DNA of 64,000 nucleotides from Escherichia coli (GTDB lineage Bacteria; Pseudomonadota; Gammaproteobacteria; Enterobacterales; Enterobacteriaceae): NCBI RefSeq assembly GCF_030384885.1, contig NZ_CP128613.1; one strand, 5' to 3'. Shown piece by piece: positions 62,501 to 64,000 of this stretch (position 1 is its first letter; each line of letters starts with the position of its first letter). The notes under the pieces were generated by a model. It saw only the letters and a program-made list of their open reading frames with translations, ran no database searches and was not told where the DNA came from. The position numbers and the translations under genes were made by a program.

Positions 62501-63799
62501 GTGCAATCACTCACTACGGCGCTGGAAAATCTACTGCGCCTTTTGTCGCAAGAGATTCCAGCGACACCCGGCATTCGGGTTATTGATACTCCTTTCCCTC
62601 TCAAAGATGCTTTTGATGCCTTGAGCTGGCTGGCCAGTCAGCAAACGTATCCGCAATTCTACTGGCAACAACGTAATGGTGATGAAGAAGCTGCCGTCCT
62701 GGGCGCGATTACCTGTTTTACGTCGTTGGACCAGGCACAACGTTTTCTTCGCCAGCACCCGGAACATGCCGACTTACGCATCTGGGGGCTGAATGCGTTT
62801 GACCCGTCGCAGGGCAATTTACTTTTACCACGACTGGAATGGCGACGCTGTGGCGGTAAAGCCACGCTGCGGCTGACGCTATTCAGCGAAAGCTCCCTTC
62901 AGCACGATGCGATAAAGGCAAAAGAATTTATCGCCACACTGGTGAGTATCAAGTCCCTGCCAGGGTTACATTTAACCACCACGCGAGAACAACACTGGCC
63001 GGACAAAACGGGCTGGACGCGATTAATCGAACTGGCAACGCAAACTATCGCCGAAGGTGAACTCGACAAAGTCGTTCTTGCACGGGCGACCGACCTGCAT
63101 TTTGCAAGCCCGGTTAACGCAGCGGCGATGATGGCAGCCAGCCGTCGGCTCAATCTGAACTGCTATCATTTCTTTATGGCCTTTGATGGCGAGACCGCGT
63201 TTCTGGGTTCGTCTCCTGAGCGGCTATGGCGGCGGCGTGTCAAAGCGCTGCGTACTGAAGCGCTGGCGGGAACGGTAGCAAATCATCCTGATGATAAGCA
63301 GGCGCAGCAGTTAGGTGAGTGGCTGATGGCGGATGATAAAAACCAGCGCGAGAACATGCTGGTGGTGGAAGATATCTGCCAACGATTGCAGGCCGATACC
63401 CAGACGCTGGATGTTTTACCACCGCAGGTACTGCGTCTGCGTAAAGTGCAGCATCTGCGCCGCTGTATCTGGACTTCACTCAACAAAGCGGATGATGTGA
63501 TCTGTTTACATCAGTTGCAGCCAACGGCCGCGGTTGCGGGCTTACCGCGTGACCTGGCGCGGCAGTTTATCGCCCGTCACGAACCGTTCACCCGTGAATG
63601 GTATGCCGGTTCCGCGGGCTATCTTTCGTTACAACAAAGCGAATTCTGCGTTTCCCTGCGCTCAGCAAAAATTAGCGGCAATGTCGTGCGGTTATATGCT
63701 GGCGCGGGCATTGTCCGTGGCTCCGACCCCGAGCAAGAGTGGCAGGAAATCGACAACAAAGCGGCAGGGCTGCGTACTTTATTACAAATGGAAGAGTAA
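62501..63799 (+). CDS. menF: Isochorismate synthase (menaquinone pathway)
   Basis: 432-aa ORF with GTG start and chorismate-binding-enzyme C-terminal motifs; followed by menD. Confidence 0.95.
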
Positions 63800-63884
63800 T
63801 GAGTCGCATCATTACCGATTCATATCAATAATCTATTTTTGTAGCTCCTTATACTTAGCCGCAATATTGATACCGGACAAACTC

Positions 63885-64000
63885 ATGTCAGTAAGCGCAT
63901 TTAACCGACGCTGGGCGGCGGTCATTCTGGAAGCATTAACGCGTCACGGCGTCAGACACATTTGTATCGCCCCTGGCTCGCGTTCTACACCGTTAACGTT
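63885..64000 (+). CDS. menD: SEPHCHC synthase MenD, 5' partial
   Basis: ATG at 63885 opens [38 protein letters not shown], running off the window end. Confidence 0.9.

Overview
This window reads as a contiguous Escherichia coli-type chromosomal segment, identified from the translated ORFs and conserved gene order. It runs from the 3' end of mepA to the 5' end of menD and is mostly core housekeeping genes. In order: yfcA-epmC-yfcL, mnmC, fabB, yfcJ, flk, pdxB-usg-truA-dedA, accD, folC-dedD, cvpA-purF-ubiX, argT, hisJQMP, rpnB, yfcH-folX-yfcG, yfcF-yfcE-yfcD, yfcC, pta-ackA, yfbV-yfbU-yfbT-yfbS, yfbR-alaA, lrhA, the complete nuoA-N operon (NADH dehydrogenase I), then an AT-rich accessory stretch, then rbn, elaA, elaB, menF and partial menD. 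No rRNA, tRNA, CRISPR array, IS element or prophage is visible. The part worth a second look is the accessory stretch between nuoN and rbn (about 55.6-60.6 kb). It holds a 238-aa ORF with two N-terminal UBA-like helical repeats, a convergent 191-aa ORF resembling SMI1/KNR4 (SUKH) immunity proteins, yfbM, the M28 peptidase yfbL, a short ORF that may be a deletion scar, and the ElaD deubiquitinase-like protease. A second point of interest is an in-frame Shine-Dalgarno plus ATG inside rpnB, consistent with the reported intragenic antitoxin of Rpn nucleases. Everything here is from reading the sequence and recalled family knowledge; no database search or computation was run.
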